Source of the DNA: the human T2T-CHM13v2.0 reference genome, Homo sapiens
Reading direction: 5' to 3' (one strand)
Length of the DNA stretch: 64,000 nt
Assembly: GCF_009914755.1 (NCBI RefSeq)
Contig: NC_060925.1
Numbering within the stretch: the stretch's first letter is position 1; each line of letters starts with the position of its first letter. Under the pieces are notes generated by a model that worked only from the letters and a program-made list of their open reading frames with translations, was not told the DNA's origin and made no database searches. Position numbers and translations under genes: made by a program. Shown here in pieces: positions 24,086-40,620 of this stretch.

Positions 24086-25902
24086 TTAAAAGACTCAACT
24101 CTTAAAGTGACAATTACACTGGGCAAGAATATTTAACACATGCAGAATGTTAGTCTGAATCAACAGTATTGTGTATGTGGAATTGTGTAATTATACATGT
24201 CTTATAAAACTATCATAATTAATGATAATAATAGGCTTTATAATTATAATTTACTAACCTAAGTTATATAATATAAATATGGAGTTACTATTTGATTAGC
24301 AAAAATGTTAATTCCAGTTGTTTTTGCTTGCTTCTTTTTATGGTGTTGGAATTTTGCAAGGCTCTGTTTTAGATACACTTAGCTTTTTTTTAATTTTTAA
24401 AATTGATACCTAATAATTGTACATATTTATTAGATACATGTGATATTTTGATACATGCATATGATGTGTAATAATCAAATTAGGGCAATCAGGGTATTTA
24501 TCACCTCTAACTTTTATTATTTATTTGTGTTGGGAACATTCCAAATCTCTTCTAGCTATGTTGAAATAAAGAATTAATTATTGTTAACTATACTCACCAT
24601 AGGATGGTATCAAACACTAGAACTATTCCTTCTAGCTGTATTGTTGTACTCATTAACCAATCTCTCTTTATCCTTCCTCCTTTTTACCTTTCCCAGCCTT
24701 TGGTAACCATCATTCTACTCTACTTCCATGAGATAAGCTTTTTTAGCTCCCACATTTAGTAAGAACATGCAATATTTGCCTTTCTGTGCCTGGCTTATTT
24801 CACTTAACATGTCCTCCAGTTTCATCCATGTTGCTGCAAATTTCATTCTTTCTTAATGGCTAAATAATATTCCATTGTGTATATATACCACTTTTCTTTA
24901 TCCATTCATCCTCTGATGGACACTTAGATTGATTCCATATTGTGACTATTGTGAACAGTGCCACAATAAATGTGGGTATGCCGATATCTCTTCAATAAAT
25001 TGATTTTCTTTCTTTTGGATAAACACCCAGGAGTGGGATTGCTGGATCATATGGTAGATCTATTTTTAGTGCTTTGAGGAACTTTCATACTGTTTTCCAT
25101 AGTGGCTGTACTAATATATATGCTACCAACAGTGTATAAGAGTTCTCTTTCCTCTGCATCCTTGCTAGCATCTGTTATTTTTTTCTTTTTAATAATAGAC
25201 ATTTTAACTGGGCTGAGATGATACCTCATTGTGGTTTTCCTTGATAATTAGTGATGTTGAGCATTTCTTCCTATGCATTTTGACCACTTAAATGTCTTTT
25301 GTGAAATATCTATTCAGCTAATTTGCTCACTTTTTAATTTTTTTCTTTGCTGTTGAGCTGTTTGGTTTCCTTATAAGTAATGGTTATTAATCCCTTGTCA
25401 GATGGATAGTTTGCAAATATTTCTTCCCATTCTGCAGGCTGTCTCTTCATTATGTTGATTGTTTCCTTTGCTGTGCAGAACTTTTTAATTCAATATAGTT
25501 CCATTTATCTATTTTTACTTTTGTTGCCTGTCCTTTTGAGGTCTTACCCCCCAAAAAATTTGCCTAGATGAATGTCTGAAAGTGTTTCCCCAATGTTTGC
25601 TGTCAGCAGTCTCCTGGTTTTAGGTATTACATTTAAGTCTTTAATCCATTTTGAGTTGACTTTTGTATATAGTGAGACATAGGGGTCTAGTTTCATTCTT
25701 CTGCATATGGATATCCAGTTTTCCCAGAACTATTTATTGAAAAAGATATTCTTTCCCCAATGTATGTTCTTGGCACATTTATGAAAATGATTTGGCTATA
25801 AATATGTGGATTTATTTCTGAGTTCTGTATTCTGTTCCACTGGTTTATGTGTCTGTTTTTGTGTCAATACCATGCTGTTTTGATTATAATAGACTTGTAG
25901 TA

Positions 25903-25993
25903 AATATATATTTTTAATTATACTTTAAGTTTTAGGGTACATGTGCACAATGTGCAGGTGTGTTACATATGTATAAATGTGCCATGTTGGTGT
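25903..25993 (-). mobile_element. ~90-bp 5'-truncated L1PA 3' end
   Basis: ttatactttaagttttagggtacatgtgcacaatgtgcagg, flanked by TSD gacttgtagta (25892-25902 and 25994-26004). Confidence 0.85.
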
Positions 25994-27556
25994 GACTTGT
26001 AGTATATTTGAAGTCAAGTAGTGTGATGCCTCCAGCTTTCTTCTTTTTGCTCAAGATTGCTTTGGCTATTTGGGGTCTTTTGTGGTTTCATACAAATTTT
26101 AGGAATGCTTTTTTCTATGTCTATGAAGGATGTCATTGGTATTTTCATAGGGATTGCATTGAATCTATAGATTTCTTGGAGTAGTATGGACATTTTAACA
26201 ATATTAATTCTTCTAATCCATGAGCATGGGATATTTTCCCATTATTTGTCTCCTCTTCAGTTTCTTTCATCAGTGTTTTATAGTTTTTATTGTAGAGAAC
26301 TTTCACTTCTTTGGTTAAATTAATTCCTAGACATTTAGGGTTTTTTTTGGTATTATTATAAATGGGATTATAAGATGGATTTCTTGGTTTCTTTTTCAGA
26401 TTGCTTGCTGCTGGTGTATATAAATACCACTGAATTTTCATGTCGATTTTGTATCCTGCAACTTTACTGAATTTGTTTATCAGTTCTAAGAATTTTTTGG
26501 TAGAGTCTTTAAGTTTTCCTAAATACAAGATCATGTTGTCTGCAAACAAGGATAAGTTGATTTCTTCCTTTCCAGTTTGGATGCCCTCTGTTTTTTTCTC
26601 CTACCTAATTGCTCTGGCTAGGACTTCCAGTACTATGTTGAATAGGAATTGTGAAAGTGGTCATCCTTGTTTTGTTCCAGAGCTTAGAGGAAAGCCTTTA
26701 TTTTTCCCCATTCATTATGATGTTAGCTGTGGATTTGTCATATATGGCCTTTATTGTTTCTTCTATACCCAGTTATTGAGAGTTTTTATCATGAAGCAGT
26801 GTTGAATTTTATCGAGTACTTTTTTTAGCATCTATTGAAATGATCATGGCTCTTGTTCTTGATTCTGTTCATGTGATGTATCACTTTTATTGATTTGCAT
26901 ATGTTGAAGCATATGCATAGGAAGCTTTTATTCCTAGGGTGAACCCCACTTAATCATGATAAATAATCTTTTTAATGTGTTGTTAAATTTGGTTTGCTAG
27001 TATTTTGTTCAGGATTTTTACATCTATGTTCATCAGGCATATTGGCCTGTAGTTTTCTTTTTTTGTTGTGTTTCTGTCTGGTTTGGGTATCAGAGTAATG
27101 CTGGCCTCATAGAATGAGTTAGAGAGAATTCCTTCCTCTTCAATTTTTGGGAACAGTTTTAGAAGAATTGATGTTTATACTTCTTGAAAAGTGTGGTTGA
27201 ATTTGGCAGTGAAGCTGTCTGGTCCTGGACTTTTCTTTGTTGAGAAATTTGTTATTACTGATTGAATCTCATTAATCATTATTGGTCTGTTCAAATTTTC
27301 TTTTTTTTTTCCTGATTCAATATTGGTAGGTTGTATGTTTCCGGGAATTTATCTGTTTCCTCTAGGTTTTCCAATTTGTTGGCATACAGTTGTTCATTAT
27401 GATCTCTAATAATCCTTTGTATGTATCTGTGGAATCAGTAATCAGTTGTAATGTCTTTTTTTCATCCTTGATTTTAACTGGGGTCTTTTCTTAGTCTAAC
27501 TAATGGCTTCTTGATTTTGTTTATCTTTCCAAAAAACCAAATTATCATTTCATTGA

Positions 27557-27733
27557 TTATATATATATATAGTTATATATAGTTATATATAGTTATATAT
27601 ATAGTTATATATATAGTTATATATAGTTATATATAGTTATATATATAGTTATATATAGTTATATATATATAGTTATATATATAGTTATATATATAGTTAT
27701 ATATATAGTTATATATATAGTTATATATATAGT
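27557..27733. repeat. (TATATATAGT)n AT-rich tandem repeat
   Basis: Direct reading: repeated agttatatat(at) units. Confidence 0.95.
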
Positions 27734-30196
27734 TTCAATGTCATTTTTCATTGATTATGTATATTATATATGCTCAATGTCATTTTTTCATTGATTATAT
27801 ATATAGTCTCAATGCCATTTCTTTCTGCTCTAATTTTTATTATTTCTTTTTTTCTACTAATTTTGGGTTTGGTTTGTTCTTGCTTTTCTAGTTTCTTGAA
27901 GTGCCTCATTAGATTGTTTATTTGGAGTCTTTCTACTTTTTTTGATGTAGGCCTTTATTGCTGTGACTTTACCTCTTAGAACTACTTTTGCCATATTCTC
28001 TAGATTTTCATACATTGTTTATTCATTTTTTCCTCAACAAATTTCTTATTTTCTTCATTGACCTATTCATTGTTGAGGAGCATGTTGTTTAATTTCCATG
28101 ATTTTGTGCAATTTCTATTGTTCCTTCTATTATTAATTTCTAGTTTTAATCCATTGTTGGAAAGATATTTGATATGATTTTGATTTTTAAAAATTTGTAA
28201 AGACTTGTTTTGTTCTTTGAAAGTTTAGTTGAATTTGTCAGTGAAGCCATCTGTCCTGGACTTTTCTTTGCTGGGAAACTTTTTATTACTGATTTAATCT
28301 CATTACTCATTAATTGACTGTTCAGGTTTTCTGTCTTCCTGATTCAATTTTGGTAAGTTGTATGTGTCCAGGAACTTACATATTTCGTCTAGGTTTTCTA
28401 GTTTGTTAGTGTATAGTTCATAATAGTCTCTGGTGAACATTTGTAATTTTGTGATATTAGTTGTAATGTCTCCTTTTTCATTTCTGATTTTACTTGGGTC
28501 TTTTTTCTTTTTTTCCTTGGTTAGTCTAGCAAGTGTTTTATTGATTTTGCTTATCTTTTCAAAAAACAACTTTTCATTTCATTGATCCTTTGTAACATTG
28601 TTTTAGTCTATATTTCATTTAGTTGTGCTCTGATCTTTACTATTTCTTTCTTTCTGCTGATTTGGGGTTTGGTTTGTTCTTACTTTTTAGTTCCCTGAGG
28701 TGCATTTTAGGATTATTTGAGATCTTTCTGTTTTTTTTTTTTTTGATGTAAGTGTTTATTGCTGTGAACTTATTTCTTATCACTGCTTTTGCTGTATCCC
28801 ACAGATCTTGGTATGTTTTGTTTCACTTTTCATTTGTTTGAAGAAATTTTTTATCTCATGTTAATTTCTTTCATGACCCAGTGGTCATTCAGGAGCATGT
28901 TGTTCAGTTTCCATGTATTTGTACAGTTTCCCAAGTTCCTCTTGTTATTGATTTCTAGTTTTATTCCTTTGTAGTCTGAAAATATACTTGATATGATTTT
29001 AGTTTTTAAAAATTTATTAAGACTTGTTTTTTATCCTAACATGATCCATCCTGGAGAATGTTTCTCGTGCTGATGAGAAGAATGTGTATTCTGTAGCTAT
29101 TGGATGGAATGTTCTGTAAATGTCTTTTAGGTCCATTTGATCTAGAGTGTAGCTTAACTCTGATGTTTATTGACTTTCTGTCTGCATGATCTGTCCATTG
29201 CTGAAGGTGGCATGTTTAAGCTCCCCACTATATTGTATTGCAGCGAATCTCCCTTTTAAATGTATTAATATTTGACTTATATATTTGGATGCTCTGGTGT
29301 TGGGTGCACATATATTTAAAATTGTTATATTGTTTGGTTGTATTGACTCCTTTATATCATTATGTAATGGTGTTTTTTGTCTTTTTTCAAAATCATTCGT
29401 TTTTTATTTTTTATTTTATTTTTTCACACATTTATTTCAGCAAAACATCATCCTTTGTATTAAGTTAACATTAATTTGGATTTTAGAGTTTATATGGTTT
29501 TGTTTTTATCTTTTATGTAAGTTAATTTTGGTTCTTCAGTTGTGTAAAAATTACAAGGGAAATGAATTTATATATAACTAGTTAAAACTGACACATACAG
29601 GATACACATTACAATAAAAACAATTTAAGTCAATCCTGGAAATGTCTGCAAAAATATCTTCATTGGAAGGGTTAACATAATAATTATATTTGAGAAGCAC
29701 CACTTTTTACTATTATCAGTAACCTTCTGCTTAAAAATTCACCAAAATACCCTATTGCATATATTCTTTATATTCAGTCCAAACAGCCCTTCCAATCCAC
29801 ACCCAAAGTCATCTTAGTTTTTTCTTTCCTTTCATCTACTTGCCCTCTGCTGAAGCCCCTGGATCTTCTCCCCTGTGCCCTCAGGAACTCCTACTCCTCC
29901 ATAAAGACCCAGCTCAAGTGCTACTTCCTCTGTGAAGTCTTTCTGGAATCCCCACAGGATTTAATGCTCCCACAATGTATCACTCAGGGCCTTGCAGGAA
30001 ACACACCACACATTCCAATGGGTAGTTGAAGGACTTTACTAGAAAGGCATTGTGACTTCTGAGAAACAGATACAGGTTGTGGAAGAGGCTGAGGACACAC
30101 TCAGTATCCCACCTCACACTTTTCCTTTCCTTTTATCTGCTACCAGGGTCCCCATTGGCTGAACCTAACTAGAAGCCAAAGGGCAAAGAAATCCTG

Positions 30197-30540
30197 ATGT
30201 TTAATTTTATGTGTCAACTTGACTGGGCTAAGGGAGTCCCACATAGCTGGTAAAACATTATTTCTCACTGTTTTACCAGAAACAGAATAAGAATGTTTCT
30301 GGAAAAGATGAGTATTTGAATCCGTAAACTGAATAGAAAAGGTCACCTTCACCAATGCAGCTGGGCATCATCCAATCTGTTGATGGCCACAATAGAACAA
30401 AAAGGCAGAGGAAGGAAGAATTTGCTTTCTGCTTGAGCTGGGACTTGCATCTTCTCTTGCCCTTGGACATTGCACTTCTGGTTCATAGGCCTTCAGAACT
30501 TGGACTAGGACTTACTCTCAGAGTTCTTAGGCCTTCGTGT
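30197..30540 (+). mobile_element. MLT2-family (HERV-L) LTR, partial
   Basis: tgatgtttaattttatgtgtcaacttgactgggctaag...gggcatcatccaatctgttga...agaacaaaaaggcagaggaagga. Confidence 0.8.
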
Positions 30541-30614
30541 ATGTGTGTGCATATATATATATATATTTATTTATTTATATTTATATATGAGAGAGAGAGA
30601 GGGATTATACATTG

Positions 30615-30820
30615 GTTTTTTCTGTAAAAGTTACGCTGAGTTTGTCTGCCTTCCTGCCTTTTCTTCTACCTCCTCCACCTCTTCTTCTGCCTCTGCTACC
30701 TCTGAGACGTCAAGACCAGCTCTTCTTCTACCTCTTCCTCCTCAGCCTACTCAACATGAAGGCAACAAGGATAAAGACCTTTATGATGATCCACTTCCAC
30801 TTGATGAATCGTATGTTTTC
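30615..30820. mobile_element. Tigger-family DNA transposon fragment
   Basis: cctcctcagcctactcaacatgaag...gacctttatgatgatccacttccactt is characteristic of Tigger3-like elements. Confidence 0.65.
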
Positions 30821-31091
30821 TCTTCCTTATTTTATTTTATTTTATTATTTATTTTTTTAGGGAACAAAATATAATTATTTAATAATTAATATTAATCAGT
30901 AAAATCTTAATACATGTAACAACATGGTTGTATCTCAAAACATTAGGAGAAAAAAGTTGAACAAAAGATTGCATAATTGTATTTACATAAAATTCTAGAA
31001 AGTCACAAAACAATAGAGACTGGAAGTAGATTGGAGTGGTGTGGTGCTGGGATGGAGGGAGGGGAGGGATCTAAGGCAAATTAGAAAAATC

Positions 31092-31478
31092 TGCTATGGT
31101 TTGGGACTGTGTCCACCCCGCTCCCTACATCTCATGTCAAATTGTAATTCTCAGTGTTGGAGGTGGGGTCTGGTGGGAGGTGATTGGATCATGGGGGTAG
31201 AATGTCCCTCTTGCTGTTCTCATAATAGTGAGTGAGTTCTCACGAGATCTGATTGTTTAAAATTGTGTAGTACCTCCCCCCATCTCTTTCTCCTGCCCCC
31301 GCCACGTAAGACATGCCTAGTCCCCTTTACCTTCTGCCGTGATTGTAAGTTTCCTGAGGTCTCTCTAGCCAGGCTCCCTGTACAACCTGTGGAACCGTGA
31401 GTCAATTAAACCTCTTTTCTTTATAAATTACCCAGTCTCAGGTAGTTCTTTATAGCAATGTGAGAACAGACTAATACA
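31092..31478 (+). mobile_element. MST (MaLR) solo LTR
   Basis: tgctatggtttgg...ctcatgtcaaattgtaa...gagtcaattaaacctcttttc...agactaataca. Confidence 0.85.
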
Positions 31479-31491
31479 AAAACTTTTTTAA

Positions 31492-32683
<1,192 letters not shown>

Positions 32684-32692
32684 ATCATTCTT

Positions 32693-34150
32693 AATTAAAA
32701 CCTCTTTTATCTAAGCATAGCTACTCCTGCTCTCTTTTGATTTCCATTTGCATAAAGTACCTTTTTCCATCTCCTCACTTTCAGTCTGTGCATATCTTTA
32801 TAGGTGAACTAAGTTTCTTATAGACAGCCTATAGTTTGGTCATTTAAAAAAATCCATTCAGCCACTCTATGTCATTTAATTTTAGAAATTAATTCATTTA
32901 TATTAAAAGTTATTAATGATAGGTAAGGGTTTACTATTGGCATTTTGTTACTTATTTTCTGGTTGTTTGGCAGAGTTTTCTCTCTCTTCTTGTTTACCTT
33001 TGTAGTTAAGTGGTTTTTTCCCATAGTATGTTTTGATTTTGTGCTATTTATTTGTAGTGTATTTATGATAGGTTTTTGCTTTTTGATTACCATAAGGCCT
33101 ACAAAAACATCTTATGTTATTACAGGTTATCTTAAGCTGATAATGACTTAACTTCATAGCAAAGAAAAGAAAAATAACAACAATAACAAAAACAACAATA
33201 AAAAACCCTCTGCAGAGGGTTTAACACTATTCTTTAACACTATTTCTTTAACACTATTTAACACTATTTTTTAACACTGTTTCCTCCCCATTTTTTGACT
33301 TTTTGATGTTTCAATTTACATTTTTATATTGCCTATCTCTTAACCAATTGTTTTAGTTATTGTTTTAATAAATTTTTCTTTTAGTCTTTATTCTTAAAAT
33401 ATAAGTGACTGACTGACTTCAATTACAGTTGAAGTAAGTAGACAGTCTGAGTCCACTCATGGACACGTGTGATCCAGCACAGGAGAAAATCAAGGATCCT
33501 GCCATGGGCAGTCAAGACATTTAGAGTATTCTGAATTTGTCTGTTTTTTTTTTTTTTTCTTTTAACAGTGAGTTTAATTACTTTAGATGTTTTCTTGTAC
33601 ATTAGCATCCATTTCTTTCAGATTGAAGAACTCCCTTTAGCATTTCCTGTAAGACAGGTCTGCTGTTAAGGAATTCTCTCAGCTTTGTTTGTCTGGAAAT
33701 TCTTTATCTCTTCTTCATGTTTGAAGGCTAACTTCGCTGGGTACAGAATTTTTGTTTGGCAATTCCTTTTTTCCTTTGTCACTTTGAATATAGCATCCTG
33801 TTCTCTCCCGGTCTGTAGAGTTTCTGCTGAGAATTCTGCTGAAAATTGTATTGGGGCTTCACTGAATATGATATATTTCTTTTCTTTTGCTGCTTTGAGT
33901 ATTCTTGCTTTGTCTTTAATTTTTGGTAATTTAATTATGATATGTCTTGGGGATTTCCTCTTTGGGTTGAATTTGATTAGTGACTTCTGAGCATCTTGTA
34001 CTTGGATGGCATCATCTTTCTCCAGATTTTGGAAACTTTCAGCCATTATTTCCTTAAATATGCTTTCTAGGCCCTTCTCTTTTTTGTCTCCTGGGAATTC
34101 TTGTTATATGGAGGTTAGTTCACTTGATGATGTCCCATAATTATTATAGG
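32693..34150 (-). mobile_element. Continuation of the old L1 (ORF2 start and ORF1)
   Basis: ORF1-like 33666-34046 (SPRHIIIKL..KARILKAAKEK..ILYPAKLAF); colinear with the L1 interrupted at 29400. Confidence 0.8.
33430..33520 (+). pseudogene. Inverted filaggrin-like fragment inserted in L1
   Basis: Plus strand reads SRQSESTHGHV*SSTGENQGSCHGQSRH; L1 flanks caattacagt | ttagagtattctg. Confidence 0.7.
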
Positions 34151-34216
34151 CCACTGATGGACTGTAACTAATTCATGGTCTTCTACCTCTGCTAGGTCCA
34201 GACTGATAATGAATAT

Positions 34217-34694
34217 TGACAGAGACTTTCCCCTTGACCTAACTATAACTAGTCAGGCTCTTCTGAACCCAACTAGAGCCCATTCTTGGGAATGTCCACA
34301 AGAGTCCAGTTTTAGCAAGAATCCTGTTAAATCAGTTTAGACAGAATCCTCCACCCTTAATATCTGATCACCTTCAGTATCTGACCAAATTCTTCCTCTC
34401 TCACCATCTCCCAGGTAATATGGGATCACTGTGGCCTGTCTTCAGTAAGAATCTTGTTAGGTCAGCTTATCAAGAATTATCTTACCCTTGCAGTAGTTTT
34501 TAAACTACTGACCCTCCACATTCTTCTTCTTGGCTATAAATTTCCTCTTTTCTTTGTTGCATTAGGAATTGAGCTCCATCTCTCTCCCCACTACAAAAAT
34601 CCCATTGCAGCAGTCCCTACACTTTTCAAGGTAGCCCTGAATAACACCTATCTTACCAGTTTAACAAGTGTTAGTGTATTCTTTTGCTTTAATA
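34217..34694 (+). mobile_element. MER31-type ERV1 solo LTR
   Basis: tgacagagactttccccttgacc...tagtcaggctc...agttttagcaagaatcctg...ggctataaatt...ctttaata. Confidence 0.75.
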
Positions 34695-34787
34695 GTATCA
34701 AATGATTGTTTATGGCTTATTCCTGAGTATCCAAGATTAAATCTTTGCCTTTCTGTCTTACCTGTTGATTCAGACCCTGAATGATCA

Positions 34788-35075
<288 letters not shown>

Positions 35076-36621
35076 TCAATGGACTGAAATCAAGGTTGAA
35101 TGGTCTATTGTTTTTCAGACTATACACAGCTGTATCAGCACTTCCATAGCTGCCATGTTTACAACTATAACCTGATCCTTGCACCATTACTATCACTCTG
35201 TATATGATTAGACCCAAATTCACCTTGGGTTTGACTTGTCTGGCTTCTGAGTGTGTTATCTATCTCCTGCTTGATTATGACTATGACTTGCTTGTCACTG
35301 GAGGGAACTTCCTCTGTCCATTGTTTTACTGATCATCACTTCTCATGACTAGACCCAAACTGTCCATGAATTTATATCTGGCTAGGAAAAGACATGGATT
35401 GTCTAGAGCTGTCTCATATCTATTCATGGGCCATCTATCTGCCTTTTTCTAGTGTTGGATCCTGATTGTTCATATATAGATTCAGACTAACCATTAGTGG
35501 ATGTTTGTCTGTGATAAGACCGAGCGTTTAGAGTTTATAGAAATATCTCTTATCAACCAACTGTCCATGGGCTGATTCTATCTCTGTGTCTCCAGATTGT
35601 ATTTTATGGCCACTGACCTAATTGTAACTTCATCCTTGAAGTCTGCTTATTTTGGGTCCAGAATATATTAATAGTGCTCATCTGTGAATTGACCCTGAAG
35701 GTCTAGTGCTGCCTTTTGATTGTCTGTAGTGAACCAATTTCTTTTCCTTATGTTGAACACAGATTCTTCTTGGAAGACTAGATTGCCTATGAGTAGATGT
35801 CCATCCTTGATGAGTTTCTGGCTTACCTTTTGACTGTCCATGGCTAGAACTATCTCTTTTTTTTTTTTCTGGATCCAGACTGCCCATGCCTATATACAAC
35901 TTGACCACAGGAGAAGGGTAACTGTCTATCCCAGCCTCCTAACTATGCTTCATTACTGGAAAGAGTAAATTTAGATCTCTGCTGTTTATGCTGGATGTAG
36001 ACTGTACAGGTGATGATTATCTATGAAAAGATCATGAATGTCCAGAGCTCTCTCCTTATTGACTGTAGCTGGATCCATGTCTTCTTATATTGGGTCCAGA
36101 TTTTCCATGTGTAGACCCAGACTGTCCATAAATCGATGTCTGTCCTGAGCATCTAATGCTATCTTATGATTATCTGTGGTGAGAGCCTTGTTTTCCTATT
36201 TTATCAGATTTCTGTTGTTTGTGGCCATACCCAGGCTATTCATGGGTTCATGCTGACTGTCTGAGTTTTCTGATTGTCTTTCAATATCATTAGATTGACT
36301 ATACCTGGGCACCTTGGTCCATTTGTACTGATTCCAGACTCTGTAGGTGATGATTGGTTATGAGATGACTTGGCACTCTCTCCTGACTGTCCATTGAATT
36401 CATGCAAACTGTCAATGACTGGTTATTTGGCCCTGCTGAGATACTGACTATCTGGAGCTTCTTCCTGTTTGACCATGACTAGGGTTTTGTTTTCCTCTTT
36501 TGCTGGATCGGTATTGCCTATGACCATATTTAGACTGGTCATGGGTAGATACTGACTGTTCTTTTGAATCTCTTGATTGTCCCTCACTGTCACTGGACTA
36601 ACTATAGTTAGAACTCCTGGC

Positions 36622-38160
<1,539 letters not shown>

Positions 38161-38930
38161 TTCCATCTGTGTAAAGTATCCTTCCTTCATTTTTCTTTAG
38201 CACATTGTTCACATTGTTTTCTTTGCATGCCTAGCACTCATTCTACATATAGCATGTAGTGTACTGAATTACAGTTGACATTTTATGGGATTGTCTCATA
38301 TGATAAGTGATCTTTGTCAGGCGAGGCCAGTGATTACAGCTTATTCATGTTAGTATCCGTGTCATGTGTCAAAGTACCTACTCAGCAGTAGGACTCAGTT
38401 ACATGAATCAATGGATGAATCATTCCATTAGAATTCAACCATCATGAATTCAGAAAATAGAGAATCAGAGGTTTGGTTTCCTGAAATCAGCTTCTGTCCT
38501 ACTGATATTGATCTAACTGATCTTACTGATCCTGTCTAAATTATCGTATATCAAAAAGGATGCAGGATATAAGCATCCTCTGCATCTAAAGATTCAACAA
38601 GATGTATGACTCATCCAGTCCACAGTAAGAGCTGCATGATATTTAGATAAAGCCCTCTGAAAATAGTGGAGACAATCAATAATGCTGTCTTTCTTTCAGC
38701 CTACCATGTCTTAGGGCTGTACAATGCAGCAATGCAAAGAGTACTGAGTAATCTCAGAGAAAGCACATTTCAATCTTCAATTTCTTTCTCTATTAGAGAA
38801 TCTTATGGTTACAGGGGACCTAAAATAACTTTTTAAGAAATCCAAGCATCCAGTAGTGTTTTGCAGAGTACGTCCCTAGATTTCCACTTTGGTTAACAAT
38901 AAGTAGGAATAGTTGGATGGGTTCTCTCTT

Positions 38931-39070
38931 ACCCAGTTCACCAACATACATGTAAGGATGTCGATTGAAGGAATGGCAGGATACTAAAGGTCAGGAGAGT
39001 GGCCTTTTATACCAGCTAAAGGTCCCTGCTCAGGAGAGGCCCCCTTTTGTGAATGGTCTGATTCATCACA
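38931..39070 (-). promoter_or_regulatory. Orphan SFTP-like promoter and non-coding exon 1
   Basis: Minus strand: TGAATCA (39065-39059), TATAAAAGGCCACTCT (TATA 39011-39005), and TTGGTGAACTGG|GTAAGAG donor at 38933; parallels the HRNR promoter/exon 1 in this window. Confidence 0.7.
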
Positions 39071-39759
39071 TTCTGATCCACCCATATGTCCACTTTTCTT
39101 TCTCTACTGTTTATTTCCTAACTTTTTCAAGTACTAGTTTCTGCTTATATTAGCAGCTTCCAGATTTAGGTTGACATTTGTCCTGGCTAGCATAAATTTT
39201 ACAGAAGGATCTCTTTGGAAATAATAGCCTCCTTGTGTACATCTGTCATTATTTATACTTTGTTTTATTTCCCATATTGACCTAACAAAGGCTTGAGGCA
39301 TATATGCTGAAAAGCAATGATCCTTGAGCTGAGGTAGTAGAATATGCATGTGTAAGAGGGATCTGAAATCCAAAATAGGTGAAGAGTTTTGGAGAGTTCC
39401 CAGCTAGGATTTAATCTCACCTAGTTTGTTACTGTGAATTCTATATGTGAGTATTATAGAAATATGCCTGGGAGTTAATGCACTACTAACTGTGATCTTT
39501 GATATATTGTTATAAATGGAAATGAGAGAACACTGGAGGTTGGCAGATTTAGTTGTATTATCCCAAATTGAAAAGTGAGGTCTATTTTTCTCTTTTTGTC
39601 ATGGTTATTAACCTGGAATATCAGACATATGCTGCACACTCTGCCTTTGTGAACCTTGAGACAGTATGTTTACTTCTATAGTAGCACCACTAACTCTGTG
39701 CAAGAGACTCTCATAGAGATTCTCACTAACTCTGTGCAGGAGATTCTCAACCCTGGACT

Positions 39760-40620
39760 TTTTGTTTCTAGTCCTTTGTATCTCACTGCATATATAATCT
39801 CGCCACGTGGATACTTAGATACTTAGATATCCCCGTCATCTCATACTGGACCCATTATAATCTTTCCCCCAGGTGTGTCTTTTCTTCTATTGTCTCCTGT
39901 CACATATCAGTGACATTCTTTTGTGTCTCAGACTAAGGACTCTATAGTCATTCTTCATTTCTTCCCTTTCTTCACCTTCACACTCACATGACCACCACAT
40001 TCTGTCAGTTTTACCACAGATTTATCTCCTGGATCTAAGCTTCCTCTCTGTCCTTGGCATGGCTTGTTTTATTCTGGCCCTGGCTACCTTGTATCTGGAT
40101 TATTTCCAGAATCTTCTTAATTAGTCTTTTTCTACCATCAAGATATCTTCATACCAGTCCTTCTACATTGCTGCAAGATTCATATTCCTATGAACAAATA
40201 TTATAACATTTTCTTGCCTTAAAGCTCCTGGTAGCTCTCCTTTGTCTATAATAAATTCCAAATTTCTTACCTTGGCATGCAAGCCTCCTGAAAATCAGGC
40301 ATGAAACTTCACTTTTTTAGCCTTCTCTACTACCACTTGTCTTTTATGGGATTGTTCCTTTGAATGTTAACAACAATCCTTGATCATTTCTTATCTAATT
40401 AATGTCTTTGCACATACTATTTTCTCTGCCATTTTTCTTCTCCACCAGACAAGCTCTCTTACAAATCCTATAAGATCTGCCTGGAAATGTCATCTCCTTT
40501 ATGATGCTTTCTGTGACATTCTCTGCAGTTTAAGCAATTCCTTCTAGTGAAGTTACTTGCATTGAAGTAGGGCCATCCCATAGCTCCTGTCACATTGTGT
40601 TACAATCGTTTGTTCATTTG
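39760..40620 (+). mobile_element. Degraded L2
   Basis: tagtcattcttcatttcttcc..., ctggattatttccagaatcttc, ttaaagctcc...aaattccaaatttcttaccttggcat. Confidence 0.55.

Larger units (their letters stand above)
24385..29400 (-). mobile_element. Old L1 (L1MA-type) 3' UTR and ORF2, degraded; resumes at 32681
   Basis: L1MA-type 3' end (aattgatacctaataattgtacatattt) and ORF2 fragments MFADNMILYL... (26145-26549) and [15 protein letters not shown] (28303-28569). Confidence 0.85.
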
